IMG/VR virus record: IMGVR_UViG_3300009678_000121
Coordinates: 1-28,829 of that record
Strand: one strand, 5' to 3'
Source of the DNA: a virus
Lineage: Duplodnaviria; Caudoviricetes
Length of the DNA: 28,829 nt
Of this stretch, positions 18,034 through 27,123 are shown piece by piece (position 1 is the first letter of the stretch; each line of letters begins with the position of its first letter). The position numbers and the translations under genes were made by a program. The notes below the pieces were generated by a model, which saw only the letters and a program-made list of their open reading frames with translations, was not told the origin of the DNA and made no database searches.

Positions 18034-18534
18034 ATGGCGTTCTTAGATCAAAAGGAAAGAGTTCTAGATATTGTTCTTACTGACAAGGGCAGAGAACTTC
18101 TTTCAAAGAATCAATTAAACTTTGTTTATTTTGCCTTTTCAGATGAAGGAATAGATTATAGTGGTTCTCTCTCGGCATCGTCAGCGGTATCAAGTTCTAT
18201 GGATAATTACATTCATAGAGATTTGAGCTTTGAAGCCGACCAAAGAAAAGAAAGAGATTTACAATCATTTTTGTATACAATTCCGCAGGGTCAAAGAACG
18301 TTGCCAGAATTTAGAATAAGTGTGGATGTTAGTTCAAGCATCGAATTGGCAAGAAGATACAGAATTGACACTATCATATTGAATAACAAACCAAGGACAG
18401 TTATCGAACCACCCGTGGATGTGGTTGTAAGAGCTTCTGTTGCGAAAAGAAATTTTGATTTTAGAGTTTTGGAATATGTAAACTTACAGCGAGTGAAGAC
18501 TTTTTTGCCTCTTTTCTTGAATAGGAAGAAATAA
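18034..18534 (+). CDS. Virion structural protein; paralog of 25388..26089 (DUF3751-like N-terminal motif)
   Basis: MAFLDQKERVLDIVLTDKGRELLSKNQLNFVYFAFSDEGIDYS aligns with MGLLDNSGDILIDAVLTDIGRDFLARNDGSFEIVRYSFGDDEIDYS. This alignment supports ATG 18034 rather than GTG 18010. Confidence 0.75.
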   Translation: MAFLDQKERVLDIVLTDKGRELLSKNQLNFVYFAFSDEGIDYSGSLSASSAVSSSMDNYIHRDLSFEADQRKERDLQSFLYTIPQGQRTLPEFRISVDVSSSIELARRYRIDTIILNNKPRTVIEPPVDVVVRASVAKRNFDFRVLEYVNLQRVKTFLPLFLNRKK

Positions 18535-18535
18535 A

Positions 18536-18988
18536 ATGCCTGGATTATTTGGTTTGCCATTAGGATCGATTTACACTCTTATTAATCAAACTCACGTTCT
18601 TGACAAGACTAATGGTTCTATTTTGAAGGTTGAGAGGGTTCTTGAACCAATTTTGAGGGCCGCACCTCCATCCACACCTACGACCACAACTGCAACACCA
18701 ACTCCACCGCCACCAACTCCTGCTCAACAGTTAGCTCAACCCGTTGAACAAGCTCAAATAAAGAAAGAGATTGAAGTTGTTTTGGGTGTGGAACAAAAAA
18801 GAATAGAGCTGTCGCTAGTGAACTCTGACGGTGCTCTTCCTAATGATGGCTTTTTGGTGGAAGTATATTTAAGCGGTACGGATGGAAAACTTACAAGAGT
18901 GTATAGAGAAGATATTGTAGATGTTCTTAGTGGTGATACTTTACAGGAAGGTTTTGGTAGTTATTTAGTTTTAGAGGTTAATAAATAA
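18536..18988 (+). CDS. Hypothetical virion protein with Pro/Thr-rich linker
   Basis: 150 aa, with PPSTPTTTTATPTPPPPTPAQQ between two beta-rich segments. Embedded in the structural operon. Confidence 0.7.
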   Translation: MPGLFGLPLGSIYTLINQTHVLDKTNGSILKVERVLEPILRAAPPSTPTTTTATPTPPPPTPAQQLAQPVEQAQIKKEIEVVLGVEQKRIELSLVNSDGALPNDGFLVEVYLSGTDGKLTRVYREDIVDVLSGDTLQEGFGSYLVLEVNK

Positions 18989-21270
18989 TGTCCAACACAA
19001 AAGAAGTATCCGTTTCGGTTGATCTTGAGGAATTGGAAAGACAACTACAAGAAAAAAGGGAAGAAGAAGATTTTTCTGAGACTAAATCTTTCAATACAAG
19101 ATCTACTGTTTTTACTCTAGGATCAGATCCAAGATTAACAACAAAGCGTCAGATTGCGGCGCCTGATTTTTATCTAGTTGAAATTTTAAAGGACAGATTA
19201 GATAATCCTTATTTGCAACTTAACTGGAGAGTGGATAGAGTTGATGTTGATTCAGGCGGCATTGTTGGATTTAATATATACAGAAGAAGATTGTCCGACA
19301 TAGATGAATCAAGCTTTAAGGGCACTTTACCTTTTTCTGTTGCTGCTTTTGATCGTTTATCTGTGGGTAATAAGCGTTATGGTAAATTTTCTTTTGATAG
19401 AAAAGCGCTGTACAACATTAAGCGAGGTTCTATTCCTTTGGAGATTCTGAATTCTAATTTATCTACTTTAAGAAATGTAGAAGCATTGAAGTTATTTTCA
19501 TCTCCAGATGAGGAAATAAGTCTAGAAGATTCATTTCAGAGATTTTTTGCTAGAATACAATTTGAAAAAGTTGCTTACGTAGATTATACCGCTTTCGTTG
19601 CCGAAGAGAGAAAAAAGTTTTTATTTGTCCAAGATAGAAATGTAGTTAGTCTTTCTTATAAAGATAAGAAGGTTGGATATTCGGAAACTTTTGAGTATTA
19701 CATAGAATGCATTACCAAGAATTTGGGAGAAAACCCAAGATCCGACACCGTGACCGTCACCACAGAAGATAATGACGCAGTACGACCGCCCAGCTCCTTG
19801 AAGCTAAAACAGCTAAATGAAAGAGAAATTCAATTAGTAATCTCCATAGATCCAAGAGAGAAGATTGCTCAAGTTATTGTTTACAGAAGATCTGATGATG
19901 AGATTTCTTTTGATAAATTGATTACAGTTGCTAATACAAATAATTGTATCAATGTTATTGATGGTTCGGTTCAATACACGAAATCCTATATTTATAGAGT
20001 ATTTCTTCAAAATATTCACGGATTACTTTCAGAACCAAAGGAAATTAAGGTTTTTTCAACTACACAAAAAGTAACTCCACAGAGTAGGTCTGTTAATCTG
20101 AAGATTCCTATCATTTCCGCCGTACAAGATCAGAACTCTGATTATGTTCGTATTACCATCTCTCCTAATGATCCACTAATTTCGTTTTATGAACTACAAA
20201 GAAGAGATTTGAGTATTTACGAAAAAAGATTTGCCGTACCCTCTCCTTTGGAGACAAATTATGGAGCCCCAGGCTGGCCCGCGAATACTTTCTTCGTTCA
20301 AAAAGAGAGACAACCTATTATTCAAACTTCTAAAGAAAAAACTTCCGCCTTGAAGACTAAAATGACCTTCAAGGAAATTGTATTTGTAGATGATACAATC
20401 TCCAAAGATCATATTTATCAATATAGAACAAGAGGTTATGACTTATTTGGAAATCCTAGTTCTTATGCGTTTTCTACTGTCAGAACTACTGGAAAGAAGT
20501 CTCTAAGAACACCTGTCAATATAAAAGCGGAAACTCTTAGAGGTTTTCCTTTTAGGCTTAAATTGTTGTGGGATGATGATAATTTATCAACCTTACGAAC
20601 AACAGAAGAACTTTTTTCTGGTTCTTCTTCTGTTGATAAAGTAGAAAATAAGATTCTATATAAAGTTCAAAGAAGAAAAATTGGAGAAACGACATATGAG
20701 TCTTTTCCAGCAACGGCGAATAAATTCATCATTGATGAGGTTTCCTCTGTAGATGCGGTTACTTTTGAAGGTAAGTTGATTGATGATACTTATGTAAGGT
20801 TGCCAAACGCTTCTCAGGATGATGAAAATTTAAAGATAAAAGATAACATCAGAAGAGCTTTTAAGTTGCCTAATTTTTTGAAAGAAAATGATATATATTT
20901 CTATAGAATCACAGCGATTTCTAAAGATGGCGAAGAAAGTAATGCTTCGTCCGAATTTCAGATTTCCACTTTGGCAGACTTATCTGATCCTATAGATTTT
21001 AGAGCCACAGTTCTTAATTCGAAAGTAAGTCCAGTAATGGTACAGCTTACGTGGGAGCTTGACACTTTGAAGTCTGTACCAGATTATTGGACTATAGAAA
21101 GGAAAATTGATTCCAAAAATGACTCCTTTTCTACTATAGGTAAAGCATATTTGGAAAGTCAATTTTTCGATAGAAATCTAAAGCTAGGAAACACTTATCT
21201 TTACAGAATAAAAGCATTTGATGTTGTAGGAAGAGAATCGGGTTATTTTGAGGCTAGGTTGACACTATAA
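18988..21270 (+). CDS. Virion protein with about five fibronectin type III-like domains
   Basis: Repeated FN3 signatures: LQLNW...GFNIYRR...YKDKKVGYSETFEYYI; VIDGSVQYTKSYIYRV; FVDDTISKDHIYQYRTRGYD; LKENDIYFYRITAISKDGEES; VQLTW...FFDRNLKLGNTYLYRIKAFD. Confidence 0.8.
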   Translation: MSNTKEVSVSVDLEELERQLQEKREEEDFSETKSFNTRSTVFTLGSDPRLTTKRQIAAPDFYLVEILKDRLDNPYLQLNWRVDRVDVDSGGIVGFNIYRRRLSDIDESSFKGTLPFSVAAFDRLSVGNKRYGKFSFDRKALYNIKRGSIPLEILNSNLSTLRNVEALKLFSSPDEEISLEDSFQRFFARIQFEKVAYVDYTAFVAEERKKFLFVQDRNVVSLSYKDKKVGYSETFEYYIECITKNLGENPRSDTVTVTTEDNDAVRPPSSLKLKQLNEREIQLVISIDPREKIAQVIVYRRSDDEISFDKLITVANTNNCINVIDGSVQYTKSYIYRVFLQNIHGLLSEPKEIKVFSTTQKVTPQSRSVNLKIPIISAVQDQNSDYVRITISPNDPLISFYELQRRDLSIYEKRFAVPSPLETNYGAPGWPANTFFVQKERQPIIQTSKEKTSALKTKMTFKEIVFVDDTISKDHIYQYRTRGYDLFGNPSSYAFSTVRTTGKKSLRTPVNIKAETLRGFPFRLKLLWDDDNLSTLRTTEELFSGSSSVDKVENKILYKVQRRKIGETTYESFPATANKFIIDEVSSVDAVTFEGKLIDDTYVRLPNASQDDENLKIKDNIRRAFKLPNFLKENDIYFYRITAISKDGEESNASSEFQISTLADLSDPIDFRATVLNSKVSPVMVQLTWELDTLKSVPDYWTIERKIDSKNDSFSTIGKAYLESQFFDRNLKLGNTYLYRIKAFDVVGRESGYFEARLTL

Positions 21271-22961
21271 TGAGTTTTGCAGCGACAATCATTAATCTGG
21301 TTACTTCTTCTACTGCAATCAAATCAGCAGTTAAGACCGCCACTAAGGAGTCGGACTCTTTTTTTGAAAGAGCCATAGAGTCGATTACAGGACAAAACAT
21401 AATACCTGACGAAAAACCCAAATCATTAATAACAGCCTTAACAACTCAATCCAAGAACAAGAGTATCAACGATATTCTAGGTCCAGATAAATTTATAAAG
21501 TTCAACAATCCAAATTTAAAGAAGTTTGTTAATCCTCAATTTGAAGAGTTTTCTAAAAAATTCATTAATTCTGAGCCTGAATTGTTGTTTATTTGTGAAT
21601 ATTTTGTCGAAGAGAAGAGTGTTGGCTTGCTTTTGGTTTGGGAAAGATTTTCTGACGCCACACATTACGAAGTTTTCAAGAAAAATATATTCAAAGTTGA
21701 TAGTAAATTTGAGAGAGTTTTATTTTTGGATTCTGTTAGTCTGGAAGAAGAAACAACATATTATCTAGATTACATACAAAAGACCTTGGGTCTGAGTGTA
21801 AATCCAGACGAAGTTTTCATTATCTTGGACACTACCATTAAAGAAGATAGGATTTATGAATACAGAATCAGATCTGCCAGGGTGCCGAAGGGTGCAACTG
21901 AAGTAGATTATGATTTTATTTTGGAAGGAAAAGCTTTGACAAAGCAAGTTTCTGTTGATGACGTGAGTATTAACACTTTATTTGATGTGGCTGGGGTTAC
22001 TTTGGGTTCAAAAAATCTTGCGTGGACGATTGCTTTGACAAATGAAACGGTGCCGTTCTTCGGGAGAGGACCATCTGAAAAACCTTTAAGCTCTTTTCCG
22101 TTGCCTTTGGATGAAGATCAAGATAAATTCATATTGATTGCCAACAATTCTCAAGATATTTTGAAAATTTTCAATGAATCTATTTCTTTGTTTGATTTGA
22201 AGGAAACTGTTACCAATTTAATAAATGGTCTAGGCGGTTTACCTGTTGATTTTAGAACATCATTTTTAGATTCGGTTGACGAAATCGCAAAGACCTTTTC
22301 TTATGATTTTTTTAAGAAGCAAATCAGAATCAAGTCTCCAGTTTTCAATCTTGTTTTAAATGTTGCAGAAACAGCGTCGAGCAAGAAGACCTCAGTTACT
22401 AACAGATTATCTAAGTTGTCTATTGATTTACCTTCTCAAACTGGAGCTGAATCTTTCTCTTCTATTGAAAAATTGACAAAGATATTGATATTTGTTAATG
22501 AAGTGTTTTTGGCAGTTATATATGCGCAAGAAGACACAGGAAGACTCCAAGTAATATTGGATGAACTAAAAGCCCTTCCAGATCCGCAAGATACTGTTGC
22601 ACAAGCCGTAGCTGTTGTACAAACGCCACCCGTTGTTGCTACTGCGATAGATGTTAGTAGTATTCTTACCGCCAACGGCGCATCTGCTGTTCTGTCTGCT
22701 ATTCCGCAGGAGGTGGGTTTTGTTGCCACCGCCGTTCAAACAGCCGTTCCGATCGCCATTGCTGCTTCTGCGCCCGCTGTAACTGCCATTGCTGCCACTC
22801 CTACTGTCACTGCAACTCCTGTTGCCACAACAACTAGCACATCTAGAGTTTCTACGGCTACTGTTTTTGAGGAAATTGCTATTGTTTCGGCACCATTGAG
22901 ATTGGCCGAATCAAGTGTAGTAAGTGTTTCTGCTGTTATAGGTAAAGTGAGGAGTTACTAA
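21270..22961 (+). CDS. Virion protein with one FN3-like domain, a helical middle and an Ala/Val/Thr-rich low-complexity C-terminus
   Basis: 'LLLVWERFSDATHYEVFKK...ILDTTIKEDRIYEYRIRS'. The last ~125 aa are dominated by A/V/T/S/P. Confidence 0.65.
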   Translation: MSFAATIINLVTSSTAIKSAVKTATKESDSFFERAIESITGQNIIPDEKPKSLITALTTQSKNKSINDILGPDKFIKFNNPNLKKFVNPQFEEFSKKFINSEPELLFICEYFVEEKSVGLLLVWERFSDATHYEVFKKNIFKVDSKFERVLFLDSVSLEEETTYYLDYIQKTLGLSVNPDEVFIILDTTIKEDRIYEYRIRSARVPKGATEVDYDFILEGKALTKQVSVDDVSINTLFDVAGVTLGSKNLAWTIALTNETVPFFGRGPSEKPLSSFPLPLDEDQDKFILIANNSQDILKIFNESISLFDLKETVTNLINGLGGLPVDFRTSFLDSVDEIAKTFSYDFFKKQIRIKSPVFNLVLNVAETASSKKTSVTNRLSKLSIDLPSQTGAESFSSIEKLTKILIFVNEVFLAVIYAQEDTGRLQVILDELKALPDPQDTVAQAVAVVQTPPVVATAIDVSSILTANGASAVLSAIPQEVGFVATAVQTAVPIAIAASAPAVTAIAATPTVTATPVATTTSTSRVSTATVFEEIAIVSAPLRLAESSVVSVSAVIGKVRSY

Positions 22962-22966
22962 CAAAA

Positions 22967-23896
22967 ATGCAGGTTTTTACTAATAGAAATACTATTAAAG
23001 TAGAACAAACTTCTCAAACTTATGGTCAGTTTTTTCAACTTCTTACTGGACAATCTGAAACTTCTTCTAATAGATCAACCCAAGGATCGTCTGGAGGAAC
23101 AATAGTCCCTACAGATTCTATTGTAAGAGTGATAAGAAATGACAATAATGGTGGAGATTTGATTTTAAGTGACACAGATAAAGCTAGAATAGCTCTCGCC
23201 GCAACTTCAGATTCTTTTCAACCCACCGTTGCTGTAAATACCAGCATAGTCGCAGGCGAAAATGTCTTAGCTACAAATGCTGCTAATAATTTTTCGGAAG
23301 TAGTATTGAATAACGGACCAGCAGAAGTCATCATTGTTGCTGGAAGTTCTTATAAGCCTATTGAAGAAATTAAAGAGATTTTAACAGAAGCGCAAAAAAT
23401 AGATATGATGATTACTTTGAAATCGAAAGACTCTGAGGCATTAGAGTTTAACAATCTCAAGGAAGCACAATTAGAATCAAAATTTGTTTATAATTTTTTC
23501 AGCGCTTCCGAGGGCGACGTTGAATCTCAAGAGGATCCCGCACAAGATCCATATCTAAAGTCGAGCATTTTTAATGTTCCAAGATATGTAAAGTTGACAT
23601 GGGAGCCAGCTATGATCACGGAACCTCTTTCTCAGGAAGAATTAGAGATAACACCAAAAATTGAAGAATTGAAGAGAGAAATATTTACGGAAGAGAGAAC
23701 GGAAAATACTCACATACCCTTATTGAATCGTGATGGTTTCAATATGGAAATAACTGATATGCACAGATTAGACCTCGCTATTCAATCTACATCTAATAGA
23801 AATGTTTTTGCAAATTCCTTGTCTGCTATTTTGAATTTGAATCGTTCTCCTAACTTTATAAATTTACTACCTATTCGTTTCTTGGGTGGATTTTAA
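22967..23896 (+). CDS. Hypothetical virion protein (contains N-terminal FN3-like strands)
   Basis: 309 aa containing 'NLKEAQLESKFVYNFF...VPRYVKLTWEP'. Located between FN3 genes. Confidence 0.65.
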   Translation: MQVFTNRNTIKVEQTSQTYGQFFQLLTGQSETSSNRSTQGSSGGTIVPTDSIVRVIRNDNNGGDLILSDTDKARIALAATSDSFQPTVAVNTSIVAGENVLATNAANNFSEVVLNNGPAEVIIVAGSSYKPIEEIKEILTEAQKIDMMITLKSKDSEALEFNNLKEAQLESKFVYNFFSASEGDVESQEDPAQDPYLKSSIFNVPRYVKLTWEPAMITEPLSQEELEITPKIEELKREIFTEERTENTHIPLLNRDGFNMEITDMHRLDLAIQSTSNRNVFANSLSAILNLNRSPNFINLLPIRFLGGF

Positions 23897-25359
23897 TGTC
23901 ATTTTTTAATTTACAACTTAGTAATTTCAATAATTTAGTGAGCGTAAACTTCACCAATAGAGGTTTCAATAAAGTTTTCAATCAAATTGAGCAACTATCG
24001 GACACAACACCAGATAAAGAAACGATTTTGCAGATGTCCGAGCTTTTGTCAGACGTGAAGGTATTACGTGGAGAACCAACTCTTTTCAAGACTATACCAG
24101 AATTTTTAGGAGTTGATTACATTGGTTACATCATTGAAAAAGAAAGGTTGGACAAACAAACTGGCGAATGGCTCAAGATTGATGAATATAAAATTGTTGG
24201 TTCGAACGCTGGTAGTTTTATTGATACCCGAGTAGCTTATGGACAAGCTTATAGATATAGAATAAAAACCGTCATTAAGGTTTCCAAGTCTAAGAAAATT
24301 TTTGGTCTTTCACATTTAGAATTGGTGGAAGATTTGATTAAGTTCGAAGCTGCGCGCGTCAAAGGTGCATTAGAAAAAAAGGCCGCAGCGATCGACCAAC
24401 TAGATAGGTTTACTAATCTTGGTGTCTTTGGAAAAAGGTCAACAGGACAAATTCTTAAAGAAATAGAATTAGTGACTGGTATTGATTTGGTTGCTGATGA
24501 TTCTACTACAAGTTTGGTCAAAGAGTCTTTGCAAACAATTGAAAATTTGCGTTCTTTGCAAAATTTAGCTGTTGTAGATATTGATTTGATTCGAGGTTCT
24601 GCTACAAATACTGATCTTCAAAGAATTATCAATGAGAATCTGGAAAAATTTCAAGAATTCAAAACAGAGTATTTTTCTTCATATTATGAGTCGAAGCCTA
24701 GCAAAAATTGGACTTATGTCGATGTGGTAGAAAACATTCCGCCACCACCACCACAAACCATAAAGGTGGTTCCGAACACTCCAAAAAGGCAAATTTCTAT
24801 TTACTGGCTGCAACCAGCAAATGATCAGCGTGACATACAGTATTTTAAGATTTACAGAAGAAATGCCGTCGGTGAGCGTTGGCAGTTATTGTCTCAAACT
24901 AGAGAAATAGACATCGATGAAGATGGATTTCCAGATCCCGTTGATGAAGCGGAATCTAGAGTCGTTGCAAACACTAACATGTTTGTGGACAGAAATGTTT
25001 CTCTTGGTAGGAAATATATTTACGCTATGTCATGTGTTGATGTACACGGAATAGAGTCGTTTTTATCTATGCAAATTCAGGCCGAGCTTAATTCAAACTA
25101 TGCCCTGGAAAAGATAGAAAAACCTCTCAAATGGATCAGTGGCAGCGGTGCCCGCCCTGATGAAGTGAAATTTATTTTGAAGAAGTTCCTAAACAGAACT
25201 GAAAACATCATCGCCAAAACGAACTTGGTGCTTCGACCGAATACAAAATTTGCAGAGGTTAGCAAAGATTTGATTATTAGACTCATTTCTTTGGACACTC
25301 ACGAGGTCAAAGAGTTAAAGGTGGTTTTAAAGAATACGAACTTAAACCTGACTTCATGA
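23896..25359 (+). CDS. Virion protein with FN3-like domains
   Basis: 'IGYIIEKER...FIDTRVAYGQAYRYRIKTV' and 'PPPPPQTIKV...ISIYWLQP...YFKIYRR...FVDRNVSLGRKYIYAMSCVDVHGIES'. Confidence 0.75.
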   Translation: MSFFNLQLSNFNNLVSVNFTNRGFNKVFNQIEQLSDTTPDKETILQMSELLSDVKVLRGEPTLFKTIPEFLGVDYIGYIIEKERLDKQTGEWLKIDEYKIVGSNAGSFIDTRVAYGQAYRYRIKTVIKVSKSKKIFGLSHLELVEDLIKFEAARVKGALEKKAAAIDQLDRFTNLGVFGKRSTGQILKEIELVTGIDLVADDSTTSLVKESLQTIENLRSLQNLAVVDIDLIRGSATNTDLQRIINENLEKFQEFKTEYFSSYYESKPSKNWTYVDVVENIPPPPPQTIKVVPNTPKRQISIYWLQPANDQRDIQYFKIYRRNAVGERWQLLSQTREIDIDEDGFPDPVDEAESRVVANTNMFVDRNVSLGRKYIYAMSCVDVHGIESFLSMQIQAELNSNYALEKIEKPLKWISGSGARPDEVKFILKKFLNRTENIIAKTNLVLRPNTKFAEVSKDLIIRLISLDTHEVKELKVVLKNTNLNLTS

Positions 25360-25380
25360 TACTTATTAGGTAAAGAGGTG
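25360..25380 (+). promoter_or_regulatory. Candidate late-promoter element TACTTA (25360-25365) and Shine-Dalgarno GAGGTG (25375-25380)
   Basis: This is the largest intergenic gap in the window (28 nt). The SD lies 7 nt before ATG 25388. Confidence 0.5.
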
Positions 25381-25387
25381 TGTACAT

Positions 25388-26089
25388 ATGGGATTGTTAG
25401 ATAATTCTGGTGATATTTTAATTGATGCTGTCTTGACAGATATTGGAAGAGACTTTCTAGCCAGAAACGATGGTAGTTTTGAAATTGTACGCTATTCTTT
25501 TGGTGATGACGAGATTGATTACTCTCTTTTTAATCCCAACACAGGCTCTTTGCAACAGGATATTTCAGTTCTAAATACGCCCATCTTTGAAGCAAGTGTG
25601 AATGAAAAAATAGCTCTTAAACATCAACTTCTTTCAATTTCTAATCCAGACTTGAAGTTCTTGCCAACTCTCGGCGCAGGTATTTCTTCCCTCACCCTTG
25701 GCGAGCGCAACGACTCTCAGGTTGGTAAGGCGGTAGAATTCAAGCAAAGTACCACTTCTGGTAGAACAGTGCCATCAGAAATTGTGGACAGTTCGTTCTT
25801 AATTCAAGTTAATAATGATCTTTTGTTTATAGAAAAACAAACGCCAGTTAATTTGACTCCATTTGGCACTGCTCAGTATATCATTCCTAGAACCGCTATT
25901 GGAGCTAACCAGGGCGCCCAGGTGACGTTCAATATTGCGGTCCAAGCCTTATCTTCCGATCTTTGGAGCACTCTCGGTATCGGTACGGCTGGATCTAGAA
26001 CAATTACAACTAAAGTAAAATGTCAAGGCGCGCTCTCTGGTCTTACAGCAGAAATTACAGTAACGATCAGTGAAGAGTTTACTCGATAA
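25388..26089 (+). CDS. Virion structural protein (DUF3751-like N-terminal motif, C-terminal Ig-like strands)
   Basis: 'IDAVLTDIGRDFLARNDGSFEIVRYSFGDDEIDYSLFN...VLNTPIFEA...LKHQLLS', with a good SD. Paralog of 18034..18534. Confidence 0.8.
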   Translation: MGLLDNSGDILIDAVLTDIGRDFLARNDGSFEIVRYSFGDDEIDYSLFNPNTGSLQQDISVLNTPIFEASVNEKIALKHQLLSISNPDLKFLPTLGAGISSLTLGERNDSQVGKAVEFKQSTTSGRTVPSEIVDSSFLIQVNNDLLFIEKQTPVNLTPFGTAQYIIPRTAIGANQGAQVTFNIAVQALSSDLWSTLGIGTAGSRTITTKVKCQGALSGLTAEITVTISEEFTR

Positions 26090-26101
26090 GGAGAATAAAA
26101 C

Positions 26102-27112
26102 GTGTCGTTTAAAGAATTCGATCAATCTACAGATATTTCTTCCCAATTATCTGTTATTAATGAAATTATTCCTTTAACAGGATCTTTTTTTAGTGGAAGT
26201 GAATTTTTTGTAAGAAATTATCTTAATATCACTTCTGGATCCGCTGTGTCTGGAGGATTTTTTGAAACAATCTTTGATGGTGCTCCGACCTCAGTATCTT
26301 CTTCTGCTCTTATTGATCTTTCATGGGGAATTAGTTCTGCTTCGTTGTTGAATAACTTTGGTGAAACTTTCTTGAAGAATGAAAAGAAGAGAGTTTATAA
26401 ACAAATGGCAAAATTGTTGCTTGGTAACGAGGATAGTTTATTCCAATTTGGCACTACAACTTATCATGAAGTTATTTTCCTTTTACCAAAGAGGCGAGTC
26501 TACAAAGACGAAATCAAAAAGGGAAATACAAACATCGTTCTTCAAATGACTGGAGCTGGCGATGCTAACTCTCTTACCTTGACCGATACTGGCGCCGCTT
26601 CAACATTTACTGTTGGTCCCTCTGGAGATGAAGCAGACTTATTTAGTGGTTCTGCCAAGATCGGTAAAGTCTATTATAATGCTGGCATTGTAGCTTATAC
26701 TTCTGGAACACACATGCCAGCGCTCGGCGCTCAAGCAGCTACCAATACTCATTGGTCTGGTTCGCAGCGTTTGTTGCAGACTGCTATTACTGGAAATATT
26801 GATCATTTCGTAAATGGTCTTAGAAATCACATTAATTTGATTCAGTTCCATAATCAGACAAATCTTCATTCTACAATTTATTTCTGTAGAGCGTTGAATT
26901 CTGATTTCAATTATTCTACTAATCCGACCTTTGTAGATTCGGATGGAAGAATTGTTGTAACTTCTGGTACTGACAATCAAACTAGAAGCTATATTACTAC
27001 CATTGGATTGTACGACATCAATGACAATCTTCTTTCTGTCGCAAAGACATCTGAGCCAGTGAAGAAGAGTCCTGATAATGAATTGATATTTAGAGTAAGA
27101 TTGAGCTACTAA
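26102..27112 (+). CDS. Virion/baseplate structural protein; paralog of 27124..28023
   Basis: GTG start preceded by AAGGAG. Contains 'IGKVYYNAGIV', 'FCRALNSDFNYSTNPTF' and 'YITTIGLYDINDNLLSVAKTSEPVKK...FRVRLSY'. Confidence 0.8.
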   Translation: MSFKEFDQSTDISSQLSVINEIIPLTGSFFSGSEFFVRNYLNITSGSAVSGGFFETIFDGAPTSVSSSALIDLSWGISSASLLNNFGETFLKNEKKRVYKQMAKLLLGNEDSLFQFGTTTYHEVIFLLPKRRVYKDEIKKGNTNIVLQMTGAGDANSLTLTDTGAASTFTVGPSGDEADLFSGSAKIGKVYYNAGIVAYTSGTHMPALGAQAATNTHWSGSQRLLQTAITGNIDHFVNGLRNHINLIQFHNQTNLHSTIYFCRALNSDFNYSTNPTFVDSDGRIVVTSGTDNQTRSYITTIGLYDINDNLLSVAKTSEPVKKSPDNELIFRVRLSY

Positions 27113-27123
27113 AGTGGTGAAAA

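Noticed and set aside
23885-23900. GGATTTT at the 22967/23896 junction as a programmed frameshift
   Set aside because: The heptamer is out of phase (codons are GGA TTT TAA), so a standard -1 slip does not apply.
25374-27123. GAGGTG/GGTGA SD motifs as evidence of an archaeal host
   Set aside because: These motifs also pair with the bacterial anti-SD, and the sigma-like factor and RuvC-like resolvase point to a bacterial host.
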